DNA of 64,000 bases, taken from contig DASQOL010000057.1 in assembly GCA_035644475.1 (NCBI GenBank), positions 1,042 to 65,041 on the forward strand. The letters run 5' to 3'. This DNA comes from Gammaproteobacteria bacterium. Lineage in GTDB: Bacteria > Pseudomonadota > Gammaproteobacteria > Steroidobacterales > Rariloculaceae. Each line of letters starts with the position of its first letter. The stretch's first letter is position 1. Both the position numbers and the translations under genes were made by a program. The notes under the pieces are model-generated. The model did not search any database and was not told the origin of the DNA. It saw only the letters and a program-made list of their open reading frames with translations. Of the stretch, positions 1-10,335 are shown one piece after another.

Positions 1-1224
1 CCTCGAGGTCCTTGTTGGCGGCCTCGAGCTGCGCGGTGCGCAGCGTCACGCGCTGCTCGAGCTCCGCGTTCAGCGTGCGCAGGCTCCGCTCGGCGGTGCG
101 CTGATCCTCGATGTCGAGGATCGCGCCGATCCACTCCTCGACGGCGCCCGTTTGGTCGCGCATCGGCGCCGCGCGCAACGCGACGTAGCGGTGCCGTCCC
201 GACGCGGCGTGCCAGAGCTTGAGCTCGGCCTCGAACGGGGCCGGCTCGTCGACGGCCTTCGACCACGCGATCTCGAGCGCCTGGCGGCCGTCCTCGTCGA
301 AGGCCCTGCGCCAGCCGAACTCCCGATGCTCCTCGAACGACTGGCCCGTGTAGGCCGTCCAGGCTTCGGCTTGCTCCACGAACCTGCCGCGTGGGTCGCT
401 GACCCAGACGACCTGCGTCAGCGCGGAGATCAAGGTGCGGACCCGGCGCTGGCTCGAGTCGCGAGCCTTCTGCGCGCGCTCGCGTTCCTCGACCTCGCTC
501 TGGAGCCGCCGATTGGAGTCCTCGAGCACCTTCGTGCGGCTGTCGATCTCCGACAGCATGCTGTTGAACGCGGCGGCGAGCACGCCCACCTCGTCGTCGC
601 TCTTCGTGGATGCGCGCAACGCGAAGTCGCGCTTCTCGATCACGTGCCGCGCCACCGATGTGATATCGGCGATCGGCCCCGTGACGTTCTTGTGCAGGCG
701 CCCCGACATCAGCAACGCTGCCGCGAGGCTCGCGACGAGCACCGTCGTCAAGATCGCGGCGTAGTCGCCGAGCCGGCCGAGCAGGTCGTATTCGGCGCTC
801 AGGTAGACGGTGCCCAGGATCTCGTTGTTGGCGACGATGCGCTTGAACAGCGTGAGCTTGTTGCCGTCCACGACGGTGCCGTCGACTTCGGCGAGCGTGG
901 GGAACTCGGCGTCCTCGTGACCGTGTGCGGAATAGCGCGAGAACAGGCTGCCCTTCGCGGTGTAGATGGCCGCTTGCGTCACGCTCGGATGGACCTTCAG
1001 GAACTCGAGGTAGCTTTGCGCCGACTTCGGGTCCTCGAACTCGAGCGCGGCGGCCGCCGCGAGCCCTAGGATGTCGGCTTGCGCGGTGAGCTCGGCCACG
1101 CGGCGCTCGCGGAACGAGCGCACGTCGTAGATCGTCATCGCGATGCCCGTCAGCACCAGCGCGGCGGCCGTGGTCGTGATCACCACCACGAGCAGCTTGC
1201 CGCGAACGGATTTGGCGAGCCGCA
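1..1224 (-). CDS. Sensor protein, N-terminal part (TM, periplasmic domain, TM, HAMP, PAS); the output domain lies beyond the window start
   Basis: Absent from the ORF track because it runs off the window. Reverse translation from the ATG (cat 1222-1224) gives MRLAKSVRGKLLVVVITTTAAALVLTGIAM, a second TM, HAMP-like DDEVGVLAAAFNSMLSEI, PAS-like VVWVSDPRGRFVEQAEAWTAYTGQS, then a coiled coil LNAELEQRVTLRTAQLEAANKDLE. Confidence 0.8.
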
Positions 1225-1229
1225 TCGCT

Positions 1230-1826
1230 CTACTCCGGTCCCCGGTGCACCGAGTCGGCGACCGCGAGAAGCCGCGAGTTGAGCTTGAGCATGCTTTGCT
1301 CCGCGGCGTAGAGCGAGATTTCGAACCGAACGCGATCCTTGTCCTGCGTGAAGTTGATGATGCTGCCGGCGGCGAGCGCGCCCGCGGACTCGGTGACGGT
1401 GAGGATCGGGCGGGTGCGCGCGTTCGCGAGCAAGCCGCGCTCGCCGCCGCGCGCCTGGTTGGCGATGAACAGGATTTGCAGGCCGTCGAACGAGTCGTCC
1501 GGCGCAACGCGCCGTACGTTGATCGCGCGGCCGGCGACCGTGCGGCCGCGCGTGATCTCGGCGAGCTCCGCGGCGAACGGGTCGGCTCCGGCCACGCCTA
1601 TGGTGATCGGCTCGACGGCCGAGCTCGTCGTGTCGGGCCACTCGACGTAGCCCGCAAACTTGTAGAGGAACGCGGCCTTCACGCTGCTCGCGGCCACGGG
1701 AGGCGCGTCGCGGACTTGCGCCGAGCACACGGCGGCGGCCAAGAATATTGCGACCCACGCGGCTGCCGGTCCCAGCCGGCGCGCGCCCCTTCCGGCGCGG
1801 CTTGCGACGCGTCGCGCGGCTACCAT
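1230..1826 (-). CDS. YfiR-family periplasmic protein (DUF4154)
   Basis: ORF 1230..1835. An internal ATG at 1826 gives a signal peptide (WVAIFLAAAVCSAQV). The motifs VKAAFLYKFAGYVEWP and ILTVTES..INF are typical of the YfiR/DUF4154 family. The gene sits between a c-di-GMP protein and a sensor gene. Confidence 0.75.
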   Translation of the reverse strand: MVAARRVASRAGRGARRLGPAAAWVAIFLAAAVCSAQVRDAPPVAASSVKAAFLYKFAGYVEWPDTTSSAVEPITIGVAGADPFAAELAEITRGRTVAGRAINVRRVAPDDSFDGLQILFIANQARGGERGLLANARTRPILTVTESAGALAAGSIINFTQDKDRVRFEISLYAAEQSMLKLNSRLLAVADSVHRGPE

Positions 1827-1831
1827 CGTCC

Positions 1832-4531
1832 TCAACGCCTCCGCTGACTACGGTCGCGTTGTGATTCCGCCGACGGCGCGAACGTGATCGGCGCCGCCTG
1901 ATGCATGGCGAGCCATTGCACGGTGGTCGCCGCGGCCGCGGGGCGTCCGATCAAGTAGCCTTGCACTGCGTCGCAGCCGAGCGCGTGCAGCAGCTCCGCC
2001 TGCTCGGCCATCTCTACGCCCTCGGCGACGGTCTTCATGCCGAGCGATTTCGCGAGACCGATCGTGGTCTGCACGATCAGGCGATGGTTGCGGTTGGTCG
2101 CGAGGTCGCAGACGAAGCTCCGGTCGATCTTGAGCACGTCCGCGGGCAGCCCCGCGAGTATCTTCAGCGACGAGTGACCGGTGCCGAAGTCGTCGATCGC
2201 CACCGACACGCCGGCCTCGCGCAGGCGCGCGAGGCTCGAGCTCGCTTTGCGCGGGTCGGCCATCAAAGTGCTTTCGGTGATCTCGAGCTCGAGTCGGCGC
2301 GGCCCGTTGGGGATGCCGTCGACGAGCTGGAGCACTCGGTCCGCAAAGTCGTCGCGGTCGAGCTGCTTCTGCGACACGTTGACCGCGACGCGAACGCCGC
2401 CCGCGGTCGTGGCCCAGTCGGCCGATTCGCGTAGCGCCTGCACTATCACCCAGGCGCCGACCTCTTCGATGAGGCCGAGCGACTCGAGCATCGGTACGAA
2501 TACCACGGGCGACACCGCATCCTGGTTCTCGCGCGGCCAGCGCAGCAGGGCTTCGACGCCTTCGAGCAAACCCGATGCGAGCGCGACCTTCGGCTGGTAG
2601 TGGAGCGCGAACCCTCGCTCCGCGACCGCCCGCCGCAGCTCGTTGGTGAGGCTCAAGCGTTCCGACGCGCGCGCGCTCATGTTCGGTCGATGACGTAGAC
2701 AGCGGTCGCCGGTTTCCTTCGCGTGTTGCCATGCCATTTGCGCCGCCTGGAGCAGCGTCTCGGCCTCCATCCCGTCGTCGGGGTACTCGGCGATGCCGCC
2801 CGTCGCGGACACGCGCAGCTCGTGCCCGTCGAGCTCGAACGGAGGATCGAACACCAGGCCGAGACGCTCGGGCAGTCGGTCGGCTTCGGCGGACGAGCCG
2901 ACGTCGACGAACGCGGCGAAACGGTCGCCGCCGAGCCTGCAGAGCGCGCCCGTATCGGAGAATGCAGACTTCGAGCGCTCGGCGACGAGCTGCAGTAGCA
3001 GGTCGCCGGAATGATGACCGAGCCCGTCGTTGATCATGCCGAGGTCGCAGATGTCGAAGACGAGCAGGGCGACGCGGCGATTCGCGCGGCGCGCGTCCTC
3101 GATAGCCCCGCCGAGTCGCTGCAGGTAGAGGCTGCGATTGGCGAGAGCCGTGAGCGGGTCGAAGTACTCGAAGCGCTCGGCGCTTTCCTTGCTGTGCAGA
3201 TACTGCAGCGCGAAGGTGATGTTCTCCGCCACCTGTTTGAGCAGCGCGAGCTCCGCCTCGCCGAACACGTCGGGCTCTTCGGAGTGCAGCTCCACGACGC
3301 CGATCGACGTTCCCTCGATCACGAGCGGCAACGTGATGCACGCGCGCACGCCGCGTTCGAGCAGCGCCTCGCGGTCCGCTACGCGAATGCCGAGATCGCT
3401 CGCGTCCGTGATGTCGCTCACGATCACCGGCTGCCCGGTCGCGAGCGCTTGGGTTACGGGGGTCGTGCCTTCGGGCAAGGTCGCGCCCACCGACCACTTG
3501 GTCGACTCGTTGCGCTCCGACCCGTAGGAATGAACCAACGGCCGCGCGTCCTCGCTGCCGCCGGGAAGCAGATAGATCTTGGCCCGCTGGTAGCCGCCGA
3601 CGCGCACGGCGAGGCGGCAGGATTCCTTCAAGAGCTGCTGTCGATCGCGGAGCCGGATCACCGCCGAGCTCGCGCCGCTCAAGAAGCGCAGCGCGCGGTT
3701 GAGCCGGCGGATCCGGACCTCCTGCGCCATGCGCACCGTGACGTCGCGATCGCTGCCGCGCATGCCGCGGAACACGCCGTTGTCGTCGCGCAGTGCGACG
3801 GCCTTGCGTTCGAGCCAACGAGTCTTGCCGCTCTTGTGACGCCAGCGCAGTGTGATCGTGGCGCCGACGTCTCCGCCGTTCTCGAGCTCCGCGAAGTTCG
3901 TCTGCAGGCGCAACTCTTCCGACGGGTCGACGTAGTCCGTCGCGCGCCGGCCGAGGACCTCGTGGTGGCGGTAGCCCAAGATCTCGCTGATGCTCGGGCT
4001 CGAGAACGTGAAGCGGCCGTCGCGATCGCACTCCCAGATCCAGTCGCCGGAAGTATCGATGATCGCCTGCAGGCGCGATTCGCTGCGCCGCAGCATCTGT
4101 TCCGCGAGGTCGCGGGCGCGCGCGTCTTCCGCTTGACGTACCGCTCCGCGAATCGCGGGCACGAGGCGGAGCAGATTGTCCTTGAGCACGTAGTCGACGG
4201 CGCCGCGCTTCAGCGCTTCTATCGCGCGTTCCTCGCCGATCGTGCCGGAGACGAAGATGAACGGAATGTCCGGCGCCTCGGAGCGTGCGATCCTGAGCGC
4301 CGAGAGGCCGTCGAACCCCGGCAACGAGAAGTCCGAGAGGATGAGCTGCGGCGCGAAGTCCGTAAGCGCCGAGCGAAACTGGATCTCGGTCACCACGGTC
4401 TTGAAGGCGGCGTCGAATCCATCCTCGGCGAGCCGCGCGCGGATGAGCTCCGCTTCGACTTGATTGTCCTCGAGGTGCAGGATGCGGACCGCTTGCGCAG
4501 CGTCGGCGGATTGGGGCGTCGCTGACGGCAT
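1832..4531 (-). CDS. Response-regulator c-di-GMP phosphodiesterase, REC-PAS-GAF-GGDEF(degenerate)-EAL
   Basis: 899 aa ORF with an ATG start. REC motifs are present (ILHLEDN, LILSDFSLPGFDG). The GGDEF site reads GGDRF. The EAL domain looks intact (EALLRW, ELEITES, DDFGTGHSSL, LKIDRSF, QGY). Confidence 0.9.
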   Translation of the reverse strand: MPSATPQSADAAQAVRILHLEDNQVEAELIRARLAEDGFDAAFKTVVTEIQFRSALTDFAPQLILSDFSLPGFDGLSALRIARSEAPDIPFIFVSGTIGEERAIEALKRGAVDYVLKDNLLRLVPAIRGAVRQAEDARARDLAEQMLRRSESRLQAIIDTSGDWIWECDRDGRFTFSSPSISEILGYRHHEVLGRRATDYVDPSEELRLQTNFAELENGGDVGATITLRWRHKSGKTRWLERKAVALRDDNGVFRGMRGSDRDVTVRMAQEVRIRRLNRALRFLSGASSAVIRLRDRQQLLKESCRLAVRVGGYQRAKIYLLPGGSEDARPLVHSYGSERNESTKWSVGATLPEGTTPVTQALATGQPVIVSDITDASDLGIRVADREALLERGVRACITLPLVIEGTSIGVVELHSEEPDVFGEAELALLKQVAENITFALQYLHSKESAERFEYFDPLTALANRSLYLQRLGGAIEDARRANRRVALLVFDICDLGMINDGLGHHSGDLLLQLVAERSKSAFSDTGALCRLGGDRFAAFVDVGSSAEADRLPERLGLVFDPPFELDGHELRVSATGGIAEYPDDGMEAETLLQAAQMAWQHAKETGDRCLRHRPNMSARASERLSLTNELRRAVAERGFALHYQPKVALASGLLEGVEALLRWPRENQDAVSPVVFVPMLESLGLIEEVGAWVIVQALRESADWATTAGGVRVAVNVSQKQLDRDDFADRVLQLVDGIPNGPRRLELEITESTLMADPRKASSSLARLREAGVSVAIDDFGTGHSSLKILAGLPADVLKIDRSFVCDLATNRNHRLIVQTTIGLAKSLGMKTVAEGVEMAEQAELLHALGCDAVQGYLIGRPAAAATTVQWLAMHQAAPITFAPSAESQRDRSQRRR

Positions 4532-4910
4532 GGGCCTCGATCCGCTCAGCGGCTCTTGCGACGCAATTGCCGCGCGCGAGCGTGGCGCCGGTCGATGGCG
4601 ACCGCCGTGTCAGCGGTGTCTGCCGGTGCGAAGGGGCTCGGGTGCGGTCGTCTGTCCATGGCGGGTGGTCCCTCCGCTCGAAATCCAGCACGAGTCACTC
4701 GACAAGCTAGCGATCCGATCGCTGCCACGCGTGGAAACAAGTCACAAATCCCGAGGCGCGGCGCGGCGTCCGCCCGTTTTGGAATATCGTCGGGGCCCCT
4801 TTTGACACGTGCCCGCCGCTCGGGTCGTGATTCTGTTCACAGGCCCGGTGGCGCAGTCGGCCTAATATCCTCGGCTGGCTGGTTATTGGCCGAAGCCTCG
4901 AGGAGCGACG

Positions 4911-6077
4911 TTGGCGGCGAAGCGGGCGAGAGTGCTGTTCGTGGACGACGAGCCGCACGTGCTAACCACGATGCGGCGCACTCTCGCCGAGGACTTTGAC
5001 GTTCACACGGCCGAATCCGGCGGCGACGCGCTCGCGCTGCTCGAAGGGAACGAACCGTTCAGTGTGATCGTGGCGGACTGCCGGATGCCGAAGATGAACG
5101 GCATCGAGCTCTTGAGCCGCGTGAGCCGCGAGCACCCCGACTCCATCCGTATCATGCTCACCGGCAACACCGATCAGCAGACCGCGGTTCAGGCCCTCAA
5201 CAAAGGCGACATCTTCAAATTCCTCAACAAGCCCTGCGACACGGATTCGTTGCGCACTGCCGTGCGCCAGGGGGTTCGCCAGCATGAGCTCGTCACCGCC
5301 GAGAAGGAGCTGCTCGAGAAGACGCTCCACGGCAGCATCAAGGCTCTCGGCGAGCTGTTGAGCCTCGCCAAGCCCGAGGCGTTCGGCCGCACGGACCGGA
5401 TCCGAAGGAAGGCGCGCGAGCTTGCGGCCTTGATTCCGGGCGTCAACCTCTGGGAGCTCGACACCGCGGCGCTGCTGTCGCAGCTCGGCTGCATTCAACT
5501 CTCGCAGGACGTTCTCGACAAGGTGGCGCAAGGCAAGGCGCTGACCTCGACCGAACGGATGGAATTTGCGGCACACGCGACCATCGGTGCCGAAGTGATC
5601 GCGCGGATCCCGCGCCTCGAGAAAGTCGCTCGGATCATTCTCTATCAGCACAAGAACTACGACGGCAGCGGCTGGCCGCACGACGACGTCAAGGGAGACG
5701 GCCTGCCGCTCGAGGCTCGTGTGCTTCGCGCCTCGATGGCGCACGACGAGCTTACGGCGCAAGGGATGTCGGACACCGAAATCATGGTGCACCTCGCCGA
5801 GAACAAGGGGCGCGTCGATCCCGCCGCTTATGCGGCGCTCGACCAGCTTGCGCGCAACGCGACGAGCGCGGCTGAGCGGCGCGTGCTACCGAACGAGCTC
5901 GAAGTAGGCATGATCCTTCAGGAGGACTTGAAGACCGACAACGGCACGATGCTTCTCTGCCGCGGCGCCGAGGTGACGAGCGGGTTCTGCGACCACTTGA
6001 AGAAGCTCGAGGAGCGGGGGATGGTGACGAAGCGTTTCCTCGTCGCCGTTCCCGCGAACGCTGAGCGCGTCGCATAG
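4911..6077 (+). CDS. Response regulator with a degenerate HD-GYP-like output domain
   Basis: TTG start preceded by GAGGAG 6 nt upstream. REC motifs VLFVDDEP, VIVADCRMPKMNG, KFLNKP. In the output domain AALLSQLGC replaces LLHDIGK and YQHKNYDGSGWP replaces HHERxDGxGYP. Confidence 0.8.
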   Translation: MAAKRARVLFVDDEPHVLTTMRRTLAEDFDVHTAESGGDALALLEGNEPFSVIVADCRMPKMNGIELLSRVSREHPDSIRIMLTGNTDQQTAVQALNKGDIFKFLNKPCDTDSLRTAVRQGVRQHELVTAEKELLEKTLHGSIKALGELLSLAKPEAFGRTDRIRRKARELAALIPGVNLWELDTAALLSQLGCIQLSQDVLDKVAQGKALTSTERMEFAAHATIGAEVIARIPRLEKVARIILYQHKNYDGSGWPHDDVKGDGLPLEARVLRASMAHDELTAQGMSDTEIMVHLAENKGRVDPAAYAALDQLARNATSAAERRVLPNELEVGMILQEDLKTDNGTMLLCRGAEVTSGFCDHLKKLEERGMVTKRFLVAVPANAERVA

Positions 6078-6079
6078 CC

Positions 6080-7351
6080 ATGTCGGCGCCGCTTCCGAAA
6101 GTCCTGATCGTCGACGACAGCGCGACCGACCGCGAGCTCGCCGCGGCGCTGTTGCGCGAGAAATTCGTCGTGCTTCATGCTCCCGACGCGGAGCGTGGCT
6201 ACGAGGTCTACCTTTTGGAGCAGCCGGACTGCGTGCTGCTCGACAACAATCTGCCGGGAATGGCGGGCGTCGACGCGCTCGCGGGCTTCGTGCGCGCGGG
6301 CGCGGCCGTCGTCATGCTCACCGGCGGCGGCAGCGACACCTTGCCCGCGGAGGCCTTCAAGCGCGGTGCGCGCGACTTCGTCCTCAAGAATCACCTGAAC
6401 CGCAACATGCTCGAGCGCATCGTTACGCGCGAAATAGAGCGGCGGCGGCTCGAGCTCGAGCTGCACGATGCACAGGTTGGCTTGCGCGTTGCGCAGAGGC
6501 TCGAGGCGATCGGCCAGCTCGCGGCGGGCGTGGCGCACGAGATCAACACGCCGGCGCAATACGTCGACGGCAACATCACATTTCTGGCAGAGCGATTTGC
6601 CACGCTCATGCCGCTGCTCGAGGCGCTGAAGGAACGGATCGCCGCCTGTCCGGGCGACGTGGATCGCCTGCGCCAGCTCGCCGACGACGCGAATCTCGAT
6701 TTTCTCCTCGGCGAGATCCCCGCGGCGCTCAAGGAGGCGGCCCTCGGCATGGGCCACATCAAGAAGATCGTCACGGCCATGAAGGAGTTCTCGCACCCGA
6801 GCGACGACAAACAGGCCGCCGATCTCAATCACGGCATCGCGAACACCGTGACGATCGCGCGCAACGAGTGGAAGTATGTCGCCGACGTCGACCTCGACCT
6901 TGCGCCAGACTTGCCGCACGTGGTGTGCTTCCCGTCCGAGATCAATCAGGTCGTGTTGAATCTGATCGTCAACGCCGCGCACGCCATCGGCGACGTCTTC
7001 GACGGCGAGAACGGCAAGGGCAAGATCCGGATCGGCACGCGGCGCGACGGCGCCGACGTCGTGATCGAGATCGAGGACAACGGCTGCGGTATCCCCGAGG
7101 CGAACCTAAGCAAGATCTGGGACCCGTTCTTCACGACGAAAGAGGTCGGCAAGGGCACGGGTCAGGGGCTTGCGATCGCCCACCGCATCGTCGTGGATCA
7201 TCACGGCGGTGCGATTCGAGTTGCCTCCCAGGTTGGCCAGGGCACGCGCTTCGCGATTCGGCTGCCGATCGAGCCCGCGGAGGTCGATGCCGGTGCCGAC
7301 GCTGCCGCGCGGACGGACGACGTGCGCGAGTCGGTCCGTGCCGCGGGCTAA
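6080..7351 (+). CDS. Sensor histidine kinase with an N-terminal receiver domain (REC-HisKA-HATPase)
   Basis: 423 aa. REC ([19 protein letters not shown]), H-box [12 protein letters not shown]-box [11 protein letters not shown]-boxes EDNGCGIP and [12 protein letters not shown]. The start lies 2 nt after the upstream stop. Confidence 0.9.
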   Translation: MSAPLPKVLIVDDSATDRELAAALLREKFVVLHAPDAERGYEVYLLEQPDCVLLDNNLPGMAGVDALAGFVRAGAAVVMLTGGGSDTLPAEAFKRGARDFVLKNHLNRNMLERIVTREIERRRLELELHDAQVGLRVAQRLEAIGQLAAGVAHEINTPAQYVDGNITFLAERFATLMPLLEALKERIAACPGDVDRLRQLADDANLDFLLGEIPAALKEAALGMGHIKKIVTAMKEFSHPSDDKQAADLNHGIANTVTIARNEWKYVADVDLDLAPDLPHVVCFPSEINQVVLNLIVNAAHAIGDVFDGENGKGKIRIGTRRDGADVVIEIEDNGCGIPEANLSKIWDPFFTTKEVGKGTGQGLAIAHRIVVDHHGGAIRVASQVGQGTRFAIRLPIEPAEVDAGADAAARTDDVRESVRAAG

Positions 7352-7428
7352 CCCCGTGGCGGCGGCGAGCACACCTCGCCGGCGCGAAACCCGGCCGCGG
7401 CCGCAGGCCGGGTCATCGCGAGCTTTCG

Positions 7429-7791
7429 CTAGAGCCTGACCAACCGGTGCGGGGCTCCGCGGTGCACCACCGTGAGCAGCTCGTTGTCGACCTGCCGAAC
7501 GGCGTCCTCCACGGCGTCCTTCACGCACTTCTCCGACCAGCCGGACGGAGCGGGGACGTGCGCACGCAGCTCCGCAGCGCACACCGCGCGCGCGGCGTCC
7601 TGCAAGCGCTCGTATAGCGCCTGCACGTCGCCGAGCCTGTCGAGATCGAGGTCCGCGGCCTTGACCACCGTGCTGGGCGTGCCGTCGGCTGCGTACGCGA
7701 TCGTCGTTTCGCTCGCCAACGCGTGATTCGACAGCGCGAGCGACGCGCCGCCGATCAATAACGCCGAGACGATTTTCTGAAACTTCTTCAT
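7429..7791 (-). CDS. Small secreted protein, UrcA-family-like
   Basis: The internal ATG at 7791 gives MKKFQKIVSALLIGGASLALSNHALA, a signal peptide. The motif DLDLDRLGDVQALYERLQDAARAVC matches the UrcA family pattern as I recall it. Confidence 0.6.
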   Translation of the reverse strand: MKKFQKIVSALLIGGASLALSNHALASETTIAYAADGTPSTVVKAADLDLDRLGDVQALYERLQDAARAVCAAELRAHVPAPSGWSEKCVKDAVEDAVRQVDNELLTVVHRGAPHRLVRL

Positions 7792-8055
7792 TGCAGTCTC
7801 CGTAGTTGTCGTTGCAGGGGCACGCACTGCCAATTCAACTTGCGTGCCAGCGCGCGAAACCACGCACGATCAAGGCCTTGTCCGCGACCGCTGCTTCCGG
7901 CGCGGCTCGCAACGTCTCGCTCGCGGCGCAGCGAGTCCCGCGCCCGGGATGGGTGGCCGGGCCGCGTCCCGGTGCGGCGACTACATTCCCTATTTCGGAA
8001 CTTTCTGCTATATCGAGTGCGCTGGTAAGAGTGGAGCCCTTCGCGGAGAGACCTC

Positions 8056-10275
8056 ATGCGGTGGACGATTCCGGTGCTGTCTCTTGCCCTCGCGTGCGGC
8101 GCGGCGCGCGCGCAGCCGGTGTTGTCGGCGGATGCGACCGTCGCGGAGCGTGCGTCGTTCTACGAGCGCGTGGCGCGCAACGAATCTCCGGCGGCTCTCA
8201 CGCAGCTGGCGCGCAAGGCGGCCGAGTCGCCGTCCGGGCCGATGCAGCGTTTCCAGATCGAGGCGGTGTTGGATCGCTACTTCGAGCTCGATCCCGAGGG
8301 AGCCGTGCGTCTCGCCGGCGAGATGCGCCGTTCGGGAGCGGCGGATCTCGTGCAGATGCTCTACGAGCGGTTGGCCCGAGCGGACGCAAGTGCCGCGCTG
8401 TCTGCCCTGAGTCTCGTCGACGACCCGACAGAAGAGCGGCTCGCCGCGCTCGCCGTCTTGCGGGGGCTCGGCGACGACGCGAAAGCGCTCGGGCTCGTGG
8501 TGGCGACGTTGCATGGCGTCGATGTCGAGCAGTTTCGCGCCGAAGCGCTGCAGCGGCTCGCGTCGAAGTCCCCGCGTGAAGCGCTCGCCGGCGCCCTCGC
8601 CCTTCGCGATCCGGCGAGACGCAACTCCGTCGCATCGGTGGTGGTCGCGCAATGGGGATCTCGAGCTCCGGCCGACGCGCTGGCGGAGGTCGGCCGCGTC
8701 GGCGATCCGGCGCTGCGCGCGACGCTGCGCAACGTCGTGCTCGGCAGCTGGACGGACGTCGACAGCCTCGCAGCGTACGTCGACACGCTCGATGCCGCCG
8801 CGCAGCGCGAAGTGCTTGCGAGCGGCATGTTGGGACGGCTGATTCAGGCGGATCCCGCGCGGGCGGCCGAGATCGCGGCGGGCATGCCCGCGGGCGACGC
8901 TCGTCGGGGCGTGCTGATGCAGATTGCCGCGAGCTATGCGGAAAAAAATCCGGAAGCCGCGCTCGCATGGGCGCAAGGGCTCGGTGCAGAGGAGCCGATG
9001 CTCGTGAGCTCGGTCCTCGGCGCGGCCGCGAGGCGCGATCCCGCTCGCGCGTTCGACGTCGCCGCGTCGCTCGCCGAGCCGGTGCGCTCGCAAGCCATGG
9101 TCACGGTCATCGGCAGCGGTGTCGGCGAGACGCGGCAGTTCGAGGCGCTCGCCGGCCGCATCGCGCGGTTGCCCGAAGGAAGCTCGAAGTCGCAGCTGTT
9201 CGGCATGCTCGTGAACTCGTGGGCGAGCAGAACGGGCAACGCCGCTCCCGCCTTGACCTGGATGCTGGCCAACGCGTCGGCGGTTCCTCCGGCGGCGTTC
9301 GAGCAAGTCGCGTACACGTTCGCGCAATCCGACCCGGCCGCCGCGGCGGGGTACGTGGACCGGGTGCCGAGCGCCGCGCGCGGGACCTGGATAGGCGCCG
9401 TGGCGATCGGCTACGCGCGCGGCGATCCGCAAACCGGCATCGCGTTCCTCGAGCGCTTCCGCGGCGACCCGGCGTACGATCGCGCGGCGGTCGCGCTCGC
9501 GCCGCAGATCGCGGCCTTCGATCCGCCGGCGGCCGCGCGCCTGCTCGCGTCCACCGGGCCGCGCGCCCCCGACGGGTATGGCGCCGAGATTCAAGTCGGC
9601 CGCGCATGGGCGGCGCGCGACCCGGCGGCCGCCGCGGCGTGGGCGATCGAGCTGCCGCCCCTGCAGCGCAACATCACCCTGTCGATGGTGAGCACGACCT
9701 GGGCCTCGTCGAATCCCGACGCTCTGCGCAGCTGGGCGTTGAGCTTGCCGCAAGGCGAGAAACGCGACGCCGCGCTCAGCGCGGCGGTTCGTACCCGCGG
9801 CACGGCGCCGCCCGACCCGGAAGTCCTTGCGGCGTTCAGCGACGATCGCGTGCGCCAAGGTGCGTTGATGACCGCGATCGTGAATGTCGCCATCGCGGAC
9901 CCGCCGGCCGCACGCCGTTTGATGGAGACCTACATCACCGACCCGCGGATGCGCACCCAAGCCCAGCAGATGATCGACACGATCCCGAGGGGCGCGATGC
10001 CGACGCCGGCCGGCGGATTTTTCGGCGTGCCGGTCACCGTGCCGTCGCAGGCGTTCGTGGTGCCGCCCGGCGGCGTCGCCGTGCAGCCGGGAGTCGTCGG
10101 CACGATCATCGGCACGGCGCCCGGCGGCGCTTTCGTAGCGCCGGACGGTAGGTTGATCGGGCCGCGGCCGGGATTCACCGGGGTGTCGCCTGTCGATCCG
10201 GTGCTGAGAGCGTCCCCGCCGCCCGCGCCGCCGCCGTCGAACGTGAGAGCGCCCGACCGCCGCGAAGAACCGTGA
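8056..10275 (+). CDS. Secreted alpha-helical repeat protein (HEAT/ARM-like) with a Pro/Gly-rich tail
   Basis: 739 aa with a signal peptide (LSLALACGAARA). It holds many degenerate ~35-40 aa repeats carrying W/Y..x..DP..A..W...LP (AWAARDPAAAAAWAIELP, TWASSNPDALRSWALSLP, YAEKNPEAALAWAQGL). GGAGAG lies upstream of the ATG. Confidence 0.75.
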   Translation: MRWTIPVLSLALACGAARAQPVLSADATVAERASFYERVARNESPAALTQLARKAAESPSGPMQRFQIEAVLDRYFELDPEGAVRLAGEMRRSGAADLVQMLYERLARADASAALSALSLVDDPTEERLAALAVLRGLGDDAKALGLVVATLHGVDVEQFRAEALQRLASKSPREALAGALALRDPARRNSVASVVVAQWGSRAPADALAEVGRVGDPALRATLRNVVLGSWTDVDSLAAYVDTLDAAAQREVLASGMLGRLIQADPARAAEIAAGMPAGDARRGVLMQIAASYAEKNPEAALAWAQGLGAEEPMLVSSVLGAAARRDPARAFDVAASLAEPVRSQAMVTVIGSGVGETRQFEALAGRIARLPEGSSKSQLFGMLVNSWASRTGNAAPALTWMLANASAVPPAAFEQVAYTFAQSDPAAAAGYVDRVPSAARGTWIGAVAIGYARGDPQTGIAFLERFRGDPAYDRAAVALAPQIAAFDPPAAARLLASTGPRAPDGYGAEIQVGRAWAARDPAAAAAWAIELPPLQRNITLSMVSTTWASSNPDALRSWALSLPQGEKRDAALSAAVRTRGTAPPDPEVLAAFSDDRVRQGALMTAIVNVAIADPPAARRLMETYITDPRMRTQAQQMIDTIPRGAMPTPAGGFFGVPVTVPSQAFVVPPGGVAVQPGVVGTIIGTAPGGAFVAPDGRLIGPRPGFTGVSPVDPVLRASPPPAPPPSNVRAPDRREEP

Positions 10276-10335
10276 CTGCGGCGTTGTTTCGTTTACTATC
10301 CCCCGGGCGCCCGGGAAGGGGCGACGACAACCGCC

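Noticed and set aside
152-1069. The 305-aa plus-strand ORF at the window start.
   Set aside because: It is a shadow of the minus-strand TM-HAMP-PAS sensor gene, which the track omits because that gene runs off the window.
1848-4691. Very long ORFs in the track that lie antisense to, or out of frame with, recognisable genes. Examples are 1848..4691(-), 3011..4525(+), 8008..10452(-), 26134..28947(-), 50449..52674(-), 56036..58381(+) and 62445..63983(-).
   Set aside because: Their translations are monotonous Arg/Ala/Gly/Pro strings with no motifs, as expected for stop-poor alternative frames in high-GC DNA. Each is fully covered by a frame that has clear domain signatures.
4801-4835. A sigma-70 promoter (TTGACA at 4801-4806) in the 380-bp divergent region between the two signalling operons.
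   Set aside because: No acceptable -10 hexamer lies at 16-18 nt spacing.
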